Assembly: GCA_964522165.1 (NCBI GenBank)
Contig: CAZFVV010000005.1
Span: forward strand, 1,684 to 65,683
Origin: an uncultured Calditrichaceae bacterium
GTDB lineage: Bacteria; Calditrichota; Calditrichia; RBG-13-44-9; J075
Direction: 5' to 3'
DNA length: 64,000 nt
The position numbers were made by a program, and so were the translations under genes. A model generated the notes under the pieces. The model had not been told where the DNA came from and did no database searches. It saw only the letters and a program-made list of their open reading frames with translations. Positions 38,174 to 47,834 of this stretch are shown piece by piece (within the stretch, counting starts at the first letter, position 1; each line of letters begins with the position of its first letter).

Positions 38174-41100
38174 CTCCGGGAAGGAGAGGACGCGCACCCG
38201 GGGGAATTCGATCTCTAAGAGCCGGTGCAGGTAGAAGCGAATTCCTTCGCTGCGGGCGATGATCACGGTTTTCCACTGCGGCTGCCCTTGCAGCGCTTCC
38301 CGAACCGCGCTGAGCAGGTTCTGGGTGGGCTGCGGTTCCAGGGCTAAAAAGGTTCTGCCGCCGGATTGGTGAAGGTTTTGTGTTATCTCTTGCTCGAATT
38401 CCGCGGAAAGCTCCCAATAACGGTTGCCCGCTTCATTGCCGGGCAATTTATCGCGCAGGGCCAGCCGCGCCGCTTCTACCGCGGGAACCAGGTCCTCACG
38501 GTTGGCAGCGTGGCGATGGAAAAGCTCCGACAACAGCGCCAGATCGGAGACCGGCGCGCCTTCCTTCACCAGCCAGTGCAGCATCTCCGTGAAGCGGTTT
38601 TTATCCTCCCGCTGCGGTAGGCGCTGCGTTATCAGCTCTCGCCGCTGGCCGGCTTCCCGGCCGTCTTCTTCCTGCCAGATCGCCAGCATGTCCCCGGTTT
38701 TTTGGGCGTCTAAAAAAGCGCCGATATGTTCATAAATAACCGCCTCCAGGTGGTAAGCCAGGTACTCGAAGCCGTCCCAGGTATCCGCGGCGGCAAGGCC
38801 GGTTTTTTCCAGGAGCGGTTCGGGAATCCAGGCGCCGCTCATCTCCCCGGTGAGGGGATCGTAGGCCGGCTGCACGGCCATTTTCTGCCCGCTCGCCAGC
38901 CCGGGAAAGCGCTGGTATTGCGGTAGAAAGCGTTTGCCCGCTTCTACCGCGCCTAACACAATGGGCACTTCCATGATCATGATAATGTAACTGTTGGGGG
39001 CCATGCCGGAGTTGCTCAGCCGCCCGCGCAATCCCGGCACTTTCAAACCAAGTTTTTCCTGAATGCGCTGCTGCGCGTTGGGGTAGTGGATTTTGAAGAG
39101 CGGGTGATCATCCCCATACGCCGGCGCGGGGGGAGAGAACAGCCCCGCTTCTACTTCGATGGCGATGGGGGTGACCACCGGGAGCAGCGAAGCGGAAGAA
39201 GCGGCGTTGGGAGCGGTACGGGGATGCCGGCGGATGAGAGGGTATTTTTCCCGCACCAGGGTGAGGCGGGCGGTTTTGGCGTCCGCAGCGGCGGTTTGAT
39301 CCCCGCGCCCGGCGAAGCAGGTTTCCCGGTTATTCAACCAGTCTTTCAGCAGATAGTAACTTTCCCCCTCGCTGGTATGCGGCAGAATTTCTTGCACGAT
39401 CCTGCCGAACGGCCCCGCGGCAGGATCCCCGCGCTCTTGCGCCATCTTTTCGAACTCCGCCAGCGCCTCCCGGCGCTCCCCCATGATCCAGAGCAGGCTG
39501 CCGCACTGCAGATGGTAATCCGCCCGGCTTTGCTCTGCGAACTTTTCATCGAGTTGCAAGGCCCGGCGATATAATTCCAGGCTTTCCGGCCAGCGCTCCA
39601 GGGATTTCAGGCTCCCGGCTAATTTCAGAAGCACCCGCGCGTCCGGGGTCTGCTTGCACAATTCCCAGGCTTGCAGGGCGTTCTCCTTCAGCCCCAGGCC
39701 GTTCAGTTTTTCCCCGATCCAGTAGTAAAAATACCCGGAGCGGTTGCGCTCCCGCGCCGCTTCGATCAAAAAATCCTTCGCTTCTTTGAACCTGACCCCG
39801 CGGTATTCCGGGAAGCCTTCCCGCCCCGCGGAAAAGGCCTCGTCATAGAGAACGTAATTCAAGGCCCAGTGAGGATAGAAATACTCCAGCGCCCAGTTTT
39901 CCCCTAAGTAGAAGATGGCGCGGTTGAAGCGCCGGTAATCCAGCAAATCGCGGTGGCGGGGATGGCGGAGCAATTCCCGGTAGGCGGGATTTTTGAGCAG
40001 TTCCCGGTACTCTTTGCTGCGAAAGCGCAATTCCCGGCGGCGATTGCCGCGCAGCAACGCGAAAAACTGCGGATTCTCCAACAGCCGGGCATAGAGGGGA
40101 GAATTCTTCAATTCTCCGTAGGCGGAATCTTTGAGCAGGGTGTCCTCCAGGGATTTCTTCAAATCGTCGCGCAGCTCGAACAGTTCCGTGGGCCAGAAGC
40201 GCCCCTGGATTTGGGAAAAGAGCCCCATCGCATCGGCCTGTTTCTGGGCGCGAAAAACCACTCCTAAGTAGTGCAAAGTATGGATGTGCAGATCCTTGAG
40301 CTCCTTTTCCCAGCGGATGGCCGGTTGCGCGGCCAGCCCGGCCAGGTTGAAACGCTGGCGGCCGTTTTCGCGAACCCACAGGAGACGATGGGGGAGCAAA
40401 CTTTCCAGCACTTCCAACGCCTCGCTCGCCAGCCCATCGCTTTCCCGGTGGCATTGCCCGGCGCTGGCCCGGTGCAGCTCCCGGGCTTCCCGGGCGCGGC
40501 GAATCTCTTCATCGCCGCTTTCGATCTGCTCTTCCAGGGTCTTGAGCAGTTTCTCTTCCGGGGTTTCGCCTTCCGGCAGGCTGGAAAATCCGCTCCCGGG
40601 GAAGCGCGGCGCGGGCGCCTGGGCAATGTTGGCGGAAACCGGCAGGCCTGAAGGCATGTTGGAGGAAGGCCGCACGTTCAGCAGCATGTCCACGCTTTGC
40701 TGCGGCTCCGGCTCCCCGGCCGTGGAAACCGCCCGCTCCGGGAGGCGCCTTTCCCGTCGCCGGGTGATTTTCTCCCGCAGCTGCCGCGCCTCCTGGCGCA
40801 GCTTCTCGGTTTCCCCCTGCAAGCGTTGGATTTCCTGCTCTTTTTCCCCGGCCAGGCGCTGCTGCTCCCCGGCGTCGTTCTCCTTTTTCTCGGCTAAGCG
40901 GGCGTTCACTTCCGCCAGGGCTAATTTGCCGTCCGGCCAGTGCGGTTCCAGCGCCCGCACTTGCAACAAGTGGGTTTTGGCGGCTTCGTAATCCCATTTC
41001 CACTTGTGGATCTGGTGCAGGTTGAAAAAGGAGATCACGAAGGCGGGATTCAATTGCACCGCCCGCTCGTAAGCGGCCCGGGCCTGCTCGAACATGCGCT

Positions 41101-43498
41101 CGTCTCCGTCGCGGCGGTAGTAATGGAAGCAGGCGTCCCCGAAATCGTTGTAAACGAAGGCCAGGATGGAATTGCGCACCCGCGGGTTGGCCTTGTTCTT
41201 CAACTGCTCGTTGATGAATCCGGCTAAAAAGGGATCGCCGATCAGCCCGCACACCGCTTGCACCTCCGCGGCCGGCGGATCGTCGGCCAGGATTTCTCCT
41301 AAGCGGCGGAAAAAATCGCCCGCGGAAACTGCTCCCCCCTCTTTCCATCGCGCGGAAGTCTTCCACCATAAGGGATGTTGGGCGGCCTGTGTGGAAATCC
41401 ATTCCCCCAGGGAAGCTTCTTCCGCCGCGCCGGTCTCCCCCGCCAGCGCGCTTAACAGCCGCCCCAATTGTTCGGCGGCGGATTTGGTGGAAACTCCTGC
41501 GGAGCGGTTCGCGTTCCCCGCCCGTTCCAGAGGAGTCTTCGACAAGGCCGCAGTTAGCTCCGCAAAATCCCGCTGCGGCTCGTCGAACGCTTCCCAGGCG
41601 CTCCAGCGCCGCAGCGCGGTATCCAAATAGCGTTGATAGCGCCGGAAGAGCGCCTCCCCGATGAGGTCGAAAAAATAGTCCACGTAATTGGTGATCGCCT
41701 GGGTGACGATGGCGGAGGCCGCGGCGGTGTAATGCTCGTAAGCGCCGACGAAATCCCCCTGCTCCGCGGCAATGCGCGCCAGGCCGTGGTCCAGCTCCGC
41801 CACGAAAGTCTCCCGCTTGATCTCTTTGTATTCCCGCCCGCTCAGGAAATTTTCCCGCGCTTCCCGCAGGTCTTCCGGGCCGCCCAACAGCCAGCGGATA
41901 TAGCCGCGGTTGGCCCAGGCCCCCACGTTGCCGGGATTGAGCTTCAACACCTCTTCATATTTTTTCAGCACCGACTCGGCGACGTTGCGCTCCAGCGTAG
42001 GGCGGGAGCGCCACAATTTTTCCGCTTTGATCGCCAGGGAAAACTGCGCTACCTCGAAGCGCGGCTCCAGCTCCACCACCCGCTGGAAGATTTGCATCTC
42101 CGTGCGCAGGTGCGCTTCCACCTCGGCGTACACGAAATTATAGTGGGCGTTGTCGCCGGCGCGGTTGGGGTCCAGCATCTCCGCTTTCTTCAGCCAGTCC
42201 CAGGCGTCCGGCACGGAGCCGAGGTACATCCAGGCCAGCGCGGTGGTTACGCAGGCTTCGAAGAGATACTCTTTTCGACCGGGAACGTCATCGGGCAGAT
42301 TTTCCAGGCGCTCCACCGCCCGCTCCGCGATGGGGCGGGTTTCGAAAACCGGGTAGAGCTTCTGCCCCAGGATGCCGGCCAGAATCCGGCGATACAACAG
42401 CATCCGGGCGTAGCCTAATTCCGCCCGCGCCAGCAAGACCTCCCGCACCCCTAAGCGCGGGAACAGAAACGCGGCCAGCCGGCGGAGCCAGCGGCGCAGG
42501 CGCAGCAGCATTCGCAGCCCCTGCTGAAACAGTTTTTTGCCCCGGGTGGAAGAGAGCGGCTGCAAGGCGGAATCGAAATTCTCGATGGCCTGCTGGTAGA
42601 GCTTGCGGGCTTCGTCGTACGCTTCTAAGGTGTTGGAACGGGCGTAGTCCTCCGCCTCGTAGAACAGCGCCACGGCGCGGAAATAGTCCGAGGGGAGCAG
42701 CTCGATCTTCTGCTGTACGTTTAGTTGGATTTGCTTGTAGATTTCCGTGGCCACCGTAAAGTAGAGCCGCTCCAGGATTTGCTCGTATTTCTCGGCGTCG
42801 CTGTTGAGGGGAACCGCGGGCGGCTGGCCGGGCGCACCGCCGGCTTCGGTTTCCAGGGGGTAGCGGATGGGGTAGGCCAGGGTTTCCGGGCTGCCGGGAG
42901 GCCCGATGCGCACCCGGGGCATGATCTCCAACATCCACTGGCCGTGGCGGTCTTTGCGCCGGGTATAGTGCCCGCGGATGTGAATGTGCGACTGGTAGGT
43001 CTCCTTGTTCTCCCCTTCCAGAAATTGATCGTCCAACAGCAGCAGCCGCCCGATGCGCTCGTTGATCTTCTCGCACAAATGATGCGAGAGCAGCGCCAGG
43101 TTGGGGTCCGCCTCCGCACTCTCCCCGGCTACCGGCTGGAAGGTTTCCAGGGAGAAGGTGTAGCGGAAGGGCTGGTTGGACTCCTTCAGCCAGAAGCGTT
43201 TCCAGACCAGCAGCGCCCCGAAAACGGCCCCGGAGATTACCGGAATCAGCAGCAGTTGGCCGGCGGAAAGCTGCTGCCACCAGGCCGGGTCGAGCAGGTT
43301 GGCCCAGGGGAAATTGCGGATGGTTTCCCAATCCAACTCGCCCCACCAGCGGGAGATCTCTACAAGAATCGGCGCTAAGGAGATGAGGAAGCCGATCCAG
43401 CCGATCTTCCCGAGGCGCTTATTCTGCCGCAGCCCCTGGTCGATGCCCCGGATTTGCTGCAAGAGGTCCTGGGGAGGGATGAATTTGATCCAATTCAT
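38114..43498 (-). CDS. Giant (1794 aa) membrane-anchored protein with two N-terminal TM helices, an extended TPR-like/helical repeat region with a coiled coil, and a C-terminal FlhA_C-like domain.
   Basis: Hydrophobic helices lie at about residues 35-55 and 95-112. Helical repeats with YRELL-type periodicity are present. The coiled coil reads EQQRLAGEKEQEIQRLQGETEKLRQEARQLREK. The C-terminus (IAIEVEAGLFSP..., ...VIIARSEGIRFYLHRLLEIEFPRVRVLSFPEL) parallels FlhA_C. Confidence 0.7.
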   Translation of the reverse strand: MNWIKFIPPQDLLQQIRGIDQGLRQNKRLGKIGWIGFLISLAPILVEISRWWGELDWETIRNFPWANLLDPAWWQQLSAGQLLLIPVISGAVFGALLVWKRFWLKESNQPFRYTFSLETFQPVAGESAEADPNLALLSHHLCEKINERIGRLLLLDDQFLEGENKETYQSHIHIRGHYTRRKDRHGQWMLEIMPRVRIGPPGSPETLAYPIRYPLETEAGGAPGQPPAVPLNSDAEKYEQILERLYFTVATEIYKQIQLNVQQKIELLPSDYFRAVALFYEAEDYARSNTLEAYDEARKLYQQAIENFDSALQPLSSTRGKKLFQQGLRMLLRLRRWLRRLAAFLFPRLGVREVLLARAELGYARMLLYRRILAGILGQKLYPVFETRPIAERAVERLENLPDDVPGRKEYLFEACVTTALAWMYLGSVPDAWDWLKKAEMLDPNRAGDNAHYNFVYAEVEAHLRTEMQIFQRVVELEPRFEVAQFSLAIKAEKLWRSRPTLERNVAESVLKKYEEVLKLNPGNVGAWANRGYIRWLLGGPEDLREARENFLSGREYKEIKRETFVAELDHGLARIAAEQGDFVGAYEHYTAAASAIVTQAITNYVDYFFDLIGEALFRRYQRYLDTALRRWSAWEAFDEPQRDFAELTAALSKTPLERAGNANRSAGVSTKSAAEQLGRLLSALAGETGAAEEASLGEWISTQAAQHPLWWKTSARWKEGGAVSAGDFFRRLGEILADDPPAAEVQAVCGLIGDPFLAGFINEQLKNKANPRVRNSILAFVYNDFGDACFHYYRRDGDERMFEQARAAYERAVQLNPAFVISFFNLHQIHKWKWDYEAAKTHLLQVRALEPHWPDGKLALAEVNARLAEKKENDAGEQQRLAGEKEQEIQRLQGETEKLRQEARQLREKITRRRERRLPERAVSTAGEPEPQQSVDMLLNVRPSSNMPSGLPVSANIAQAPAPRFPGSGFSSLPEGETPEEKLLKTLEEQIESGDEEIRRAREARELHRASAGQCHRESDGLASEALEVLESLLPHRLLWVRENGRQRFNLAGLAAQPAIRWEKELKDLHIHTLHYLGVVFRAQKQADAMGLFSQIQGRFWPTELFELRDDLKKSLEDTLLKDSAYGELKNSPLYARLLENPQFFALLRGNRRRELRFRSKEYRELLKNPAYRELLRHPRHRDLLDYRRFNRAIFYLGENWALEYFYPHWALNYVLYDEAFSAGREGFPEYRGVRFKEAKDFLIEAARERNRSGYFYYWIGEKLNGLGLKENALQAWELCKQTPDARVLLKLAGSLKSLERWPESLELYRRALQLDEKFAEQSRADYHLQCGSLLWIMGERREALAEFEKMAQERGDPAAGPFGRIVQEILPHTSEGESYYLLKDWLNNRETCFAGRGDQTAAADAKTARLTLVREKYPLIRRHPRTAPNAASSASLLPVVTPIAIEVEAGLFSPPAPAYGDDHPLFKIHYPNAQQRIQEKLGLKVPGLRGRLSNSGMAPNSYIIMIMEVPIVLGAVEAGKRFLPQYQRFPGLASGQKMAVQPAYDPLTGEMSGAWIPEPLLEKTGLAAADTWDGFEYLAYHLEAVIYEHIGAFLDAQKTGDMLAIWQEEDGREAGQRRELITQRLPQREDKNRFTEMLHWLVKEGAPVSDLALLSELFHRHAANREDLVPAVEAARLALRDKLPGNEAGNRYWELSAEFEQEITQNLHQSGGRTFLALEPQPTQNLLSAVREALQGQPQWKTVIIARSEGIRFYLHRLLEIEFPRVRVLSFPELKPEWRKRIGGRIELKREA

Positions 43499-43711
43499 GG
43501 GAGCTCGCTCAAAACTTCGAGGTTGATCCGTTCGGAAACCGCCCGGTAACAGTTGGCAGGGTATAACTTAAGCAGGGCCGGGCGGTTTTACAACAGGAAC
43601 GTTAAACGCGAAGCGGCGGTTATTCTGGAATCCGCCTTGTTTTCCGGCAAACTTGCCTTAAATTTGGCTGATTTTGAAATGGCCGGCCTGGGGGCGGGCG
43701 AGGAATGAATA

Positions 43712-45124
43712 TTGATGATCCGTTTGGAAATAAAATCGGGCAGGCAAATACTCCGGCAGGTTTTTGAAGCGGCGCAAGCCTTCGGCGCGGAGGTGTACGC
43801 CGTGGGCGGGTTCGTGCGCGACCTCTACCTGGGCAAAGAGGGAACCGACATCGACTTCGTGGTCCTCGGCGACGCAGTGGCGTTCGCGCGCTTCTTTCGC
43901 AAGCAGTTCCGCAGCGGCAAGGTGGTCACTTACGACCGCTTCGGTACCGCCATGGTCGCCTACCGGAACTGGAAGTTAGAATTCGTAACCGCCCGGGCGG
44001 AGCATTACCGGAAAGATTCCCGCAAGCCGGAGGTGCGCCAGGCGGATTTGCGCTCCGACCTCTCCCGCCGCGATTTCACCATCAACTGCTTAGCCCTGCG
44101 CCTCGACCCGGATCGGCTGGGGGAGCTGATCGATATCTTTGACGGCGTTGGGGACGTCGAGCGGAAAATCATTCGCACTCCCCTGGACCCGGCCCTCACC
44201 TTCAGCGACGATCCCCTGCGAATCCTGCGCGCCATCCGTTTTGCCCCGGTCTTGCAGTTCAGCATCGAAGAAAAAACCTTTCAGGCGATTTTCGAGACCC
44301 GGGAGCGGCTGAAAATCATCTCCCAGGAGCGCATCACCGAGGAGTTCCGCAAAATGATGCTGGCGGCGCGCCCTTCCACCGGGTTGAACCTGCTGAAGCA
44401 GACCGGGGTGGCGGAGATTATTTTCCCGGAGCTGGTGGAGCTGGCCGGGGTGGAGCAGCGCCAGGATTATCACCACAAGGACGTTTTCGACCACACCCTC
44501 CAGGTGGTGGACAACATCAGCGAGAAAACCGACAATTTCGATTTGCGACTGGTCGCGTTGCTGCACGACATCGCCAAGCCGCAAACCAAGCGATTTGTGG
44601 AGGGAAGCGGGTGGACCTTTCACGGGCACGAGGAGTTGGGCGCCCACATGGTGGAGCGAATCGGGAGGCGCCTGCGCCTGCCCCTGCATACCATCAAATA
44701 CGTGCAGAAGCTGGTGCGCCTGCACATGCGCCCCACCCAATTAGTGGACCAGGAAGTGACCGACAGCGCCATCCGGCGCATGATGGTGGAAGCCGGGGAG
44801 GACATCGACGACCTGATGCTGATGTGCCGGGCGGACATCACCTCCAAAAATCCCCGCAAAGTGCAGCAGTTCCTGGACAATTTCGACCGGGTGGAAACCC
44901 GCATCCGCGAAGTGGAAGAAAAAGACAATCTTCGCCGCTTCAAGCCGGCTTTCAGCGGGGACGATATTATGAAGCTGATGAATATTTCCCCCGGCCCCCG
45001 GGTGGGAAAAATCAAACAGGCGATTGTCGATGCCATCTTAGACGGTAAAATTCCCAACGACTACCAGGCCTGTTATGATTATTTTATGAAGATCAAGGAT
45101 GATTTTATCGAAGAGAAAGAGTAG
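43712..45124 (+). CDS. cca: CCA-adding enzyme / poly(A) polymerase family tRNA nucleotidyltransferase with HD domain.
   Basis: The NTase motif (VGGFVRDLYLG...DIDFVV) and the HD motif (HHKDVFDHT...LHDIAKP) are present. Confidence 0.85.
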   Translation: MMIRLEIKSGRQILRQVFEAAQAFGAEVYAVGGFVRDLYLGKEGTDIDFVVLGDAVAFARFFRKQFRSGKVVTYDRFGTAMVAYRNWKLEFVTARAEHYRKDSRKPEVRQADLRSDLSRRDFTINCLALRLDPDRLGELIDIFDGVGDVERKIIRTPLDPALTFSDDPLRILRAIRFAPVLQFSIEEKTFQAIFETRERLKIISQERITEEFRKMMLAARPSTGLNLLKQTGVAEIIFPELVELAGVEQRQDYHHKDVFDHTLQVVDNISEKTDNFDLRLVALLHDIAKPQTKRFVEGSGWTFHGHEELGAHMVERIGRRLRLPLHTIKYVQKLVRLHMRPTQLVDQEVTDSAIRRMMVEAGEDIDDLMLMCRADITSKNPRKVQQFLDNFDRVETRIREVEEKDNLRRFKPAFSGDDIMKLMNISPGPRVGKIKQAIVDAILDGKIPNDYQACYDYFMKIKDDFIEEKE

Positions 45125-45130
45125 TGCTCA

Positions 45131-45175
45131 AGTGTTTTAGTGTTTCCATAGCGGGCAACTGCACACTAAAACACT
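45131..45175 (+). terminator. Hairpin downstream of cca (13-bp stem AGTGTTTTAGTGT/ACACTAAAACACT, loop containing GCGGGCAAC).
   Basis: A perfect inverted repeat lies 7 nt after the stop codon. No clear U-tract follows. Confidence 0.3.
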
Positions 45176-45254
45176 CGAATCCCTGAACCCAATTAGGCTG
45201 AAACAATTAAAATGAATCAACGTCAATTGTCAACACAAGAAAAGGAGGAGTCTG

Positions 45255-45560
45255 GTGGCGGATAAGCGAAAGGACCGGACGCAAAACCAGGAGAAAGAGG
45301 CCAAAACTTCAAAGACGAGTGCAGACCAGGAGGAATTGAAAGGCATTTTGGAGCAGATTTCCGAAACTTCCGAAACGCGCAAAGATGCCCCTCCCGCCAA
45401 AACAGAGGCCGCGGCGGTCCTCAAAAAGCCCGAAGGCCCGGCAAACCAGGCGAACGAGCTTGAGGACATTTTAGAGAAAATTGCCGAAAAACCCGCCGGG
45501 AAGGCGCAAGGCGGAATGGGTTTCTTCCGGCGGCTCCTCAACTTTTTCAAGAGATCCTGA
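45255..45560 (+). CDS. Small highly charged hypothetical protein with an amphipathic C-terminus (GMGFFRRLLNFFKRS).
   Basis: AAGGAGGAG lies upstream of a GTG start. Internal repeats ELKGILEQISE and ELEDILEKIAE are present. A hairpin plus T-tract lies downstream, near 45738-45790. Confidence 0.4.
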   Translation: MADKRKDRTQNQEKEAKTSKTSADQEELKGILEQISETSETRKDAPPAKTEAAAVLKKPEGPANQANELEDILEKIAEKPAGKAQGGMGFFRRLLNFFKRS

Positions 45561-45856
45561 GCGATGTGAAACTCGAGCCACCCCTGCGCCACGCCAGCGC
45601 TTGCCCGGCGCGGGGCCTCGAAACCTGCGGGGAAAGCTGAAAATCTGCTGGTCAAGATTCCCTCAACTTGTTTTTAGCGGGATTTTTTGCGGAACGATAG
45701 CTCATTTTCGAATCGTTCACTAATCTTTAAAGTCGCCGGGCAGGCGCAAAAGCGCCCCGGGCGACAAAGGGAATTTTTTTTGCTTTTCGTTGTCAAAATT
45801 GCTGGAAAGTATTTCATGTTTGGAAACATCGGACTATTTAAAAATTGGAGGAATCC

Positions 45857-47230
45857 ATGAAATTGAAATGGTGCATGACTCTACTATTGTTCTCTCTCCT
45901 GGCCTTGCCGGCATGGAGCCAGGAAGCGGGGCCGGCGTTGACCCTGCGGGATTGCGTTCGCATCGCGTTGGAGAGTAATACGGACGTTCAAACTTATGCA
46001 AATCTTGCCCGGAGCGCGGGTAACAATGTGCGCGCTTCCTATAGCGGCATATTACCAACGGTAGGCATTAATTATCAAGGCGGCCGCAGCCGGACCGGGG
46101 ATGCTACCTCCATTACCGAAGTCCAAACCCAGGATCCGGTTACCGGCGACACTATCTTCGTTAACCGGGAGGCATCGACCCCGGGATACACCAGGGATTT
46201 TTACTCGGTTAGCCTGAACGTCAACCAGAATATATTTGATGGGGGAAACTGGTGGAACGCCATCAAGCAAAGCAAGGCGGATCGCGCCGCGGCGGATTAT
46301 TCTTACGAGAGCCAAATCAACGAGGTGATCAGGCTGGTATCGCAGGAGTTTTTCGACCTGCTGAAACATGAAAAACTGTATGAAGTCTATGATCTGGCGG
46401 TTCAACGGAGCCAGGACAACCTGGATAAAAGCCAGAAGATGTTCGAGATCGGGTCGGTGGCCAAGGTGGATGTTTTTCGCGCCCAGGTGAACCTGGGTAA
46501 TGACCGCATTGCCCTGATTCAACAACGGAATACCGTTCAGCAAGCCCGCCAGACCCTCAATATCGCTATGGGGCGGGACCCCCATACCCCCATTAGTATC
46601 CGCAGGGAATTTGCGTATGAATATACCGTGCCTACTTTGGATGAATTGACCCAAACCGCGAATGAAAACCAGCCGGAGATTCGCCGCCTGGAAATGGATG
46701 CGCGCTCCAACGAATTGTCAGCAGGTCTGGCAAAGAGTAGTTTCTGGCCGACCCTGGGGGCCTTTTTTTCCTATCAACGCAACAACAGCCAATTCGACCA
46801 GATTTATACCGACGTTGGGAAAAACTGGAACATCTCCCTGGGGTTGAGCGGAAGGTGGAACCTCTTCAACGGGTTTGCCGACCAGGTGCGGGTGCAGAAT
46901 GCCAAAATCGCCCATAAAAACGCCCAACTCGCCCTGGAAAATTACAAGCGCAATCTTAAATCCGCTATCACCAACAACTATAACGCCTACAAGAATCTCG
47001 AAGAGATTGTAGAAATCAACAAAGAAAATTTAAAAGCGGCGCAGGAAGAATACCGCCTGGCCACGGAGCGCTACCGCTTAGGATCGGGCACTTCCTTAGA
47101 TGTTCGCGAATCGCAGGTGAACCTGACCGACGCGGAGCGCATCCTGGTGGCCGCGGAATATGATTTGATCATCACCTACGCCCAACTGCTGGAGTCCCTG
47201 GGTACGATTCAAGCTCTGTTTAAGGAGTAG
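45857..47230 (+). CDS. TolC-family outer membrane efflux protein.
   Basis: A signal peptide (MKLKWCMTLLLFSLLALPAWSQE) is present. Duplicated alpha-helical/beta-barrel OEP repeats follow. GGAGGA lies 4 nt upstream of the ATG. Confidence 0.8.
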   Translation: MKLKWCMTLLLFSLLALPAWSQEAGPALTLRDCVRIALESNTDVQTYANLARSAGNNVRASYSGILPTVGINYQGGRSRTGDATSITEVQTQDPVTGDTIFVNREASTPGYTRDFYSVSLNVNQNIFDGGNWWNAIKQSKADRAAADYSYESQINEVIRLVSQEFFDLLKHEKLYEVYDLAVQRSQDNLDKSQKMFEIGSVAKVDVFRAQVNLGNDRIALIQQRNTVQQARQTLNIAMGRDPHTPISIRREFAYEYTVPTLDELTQTANENQPEIRRLEMDARSNELSAGLAKSSFWPTLGAFFSYQRNNSQFDQIYTDVGKNWNISLGLSGRWNLFNGFADQVRVQNAKIAHKNAQLALENYKRNLKSAITNNYNAYKNLEEIVEINKENLKAAQEEYRLATERYRLGSGTSLDVRESQVNLTDAERILVAAEYDLIITYAQLLESLGTIQALFKE

Positions 47231-47291
47231 GATTCGTAACTATCGCTATTAGCACCCGGAATCGCACTATATACTCCCTGTGAGGATCAAG

Positions 47292-47336
47292 GTTTGTGTT
47301 CAAGTGTGCGGGTAACCTGAACACTTGAACACAAAC
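47292..47336 (+). terminator. Hairpin downstream of the tolC-like gene (16-bp stem, loop containing GCGGGTAAC).
   Basis: GTTTGTGTTCAAGTGT...ACACTTGAACACAAAC is a perfect inverted repeat. The loop motif is shared with the hairpin at 45131-45175. Confidence 0.3.
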
Positions 47337-47834
47337 ACGACGTACCCGGCGCAGCCGTATGGTGGCTGAATATGCCAATGCCTGTTACAACCCCTGTGGG
47401 ATAAACGAAGACATACCTATTGATCAACGACCCATGACCCCTGGAGTAGTTCCGCTTTTTCAGGAAATCTCCATACCTCGGAATTCCCATCAAGAACTCG
47501 CCTCCCGCCGAAAAAATTCTGTTTCCGATAACAGCTTTGTGCAACATCGCGCACAATAGTATTGTCCCCGGTTGCCTATTCTATGCCCCTTCGCTATTTG
47601 ACCCGCTTATGAATTAACGCGCCTGCGGAAAAGCGCCTGTAGGCGGAAAACCTCCTCAGGCTTCCGGCATGTTAAAAGCGATTTTATTTGTCTTGCCAAA
47701 GCCGGGGGGCGTGAATAAATTGCGACCCTCTGAATATCGAGCAAACGGTGAAACGTTGCGAAGGGGGTTTTTCAAAGCGGTTTTATATTCGATTGGATAG
47801 TTGAACGAAGGCATGGACAATCGTAAGAGGTATT

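Noticed and set aside
40284-43378. Multiple long ORFs in other frames or strands overlapping the giant TPR gene (for example 42288..43346-, 40509..41402-, 40284..40991+).
   Set aside because: These are typical spurious open frames in high-GC DNA. They are Arg/Pro/Gly-rich, and the single 1794-aa ORF with coherent domain content spans the same DNA.
47287-47556. An 89-aa minus-strand ORF in the tolC-gcdH intergenic region.
   Set aside because: It has no RBS or homology. The region is better explained as a hairpin-containing non-coding spacer.
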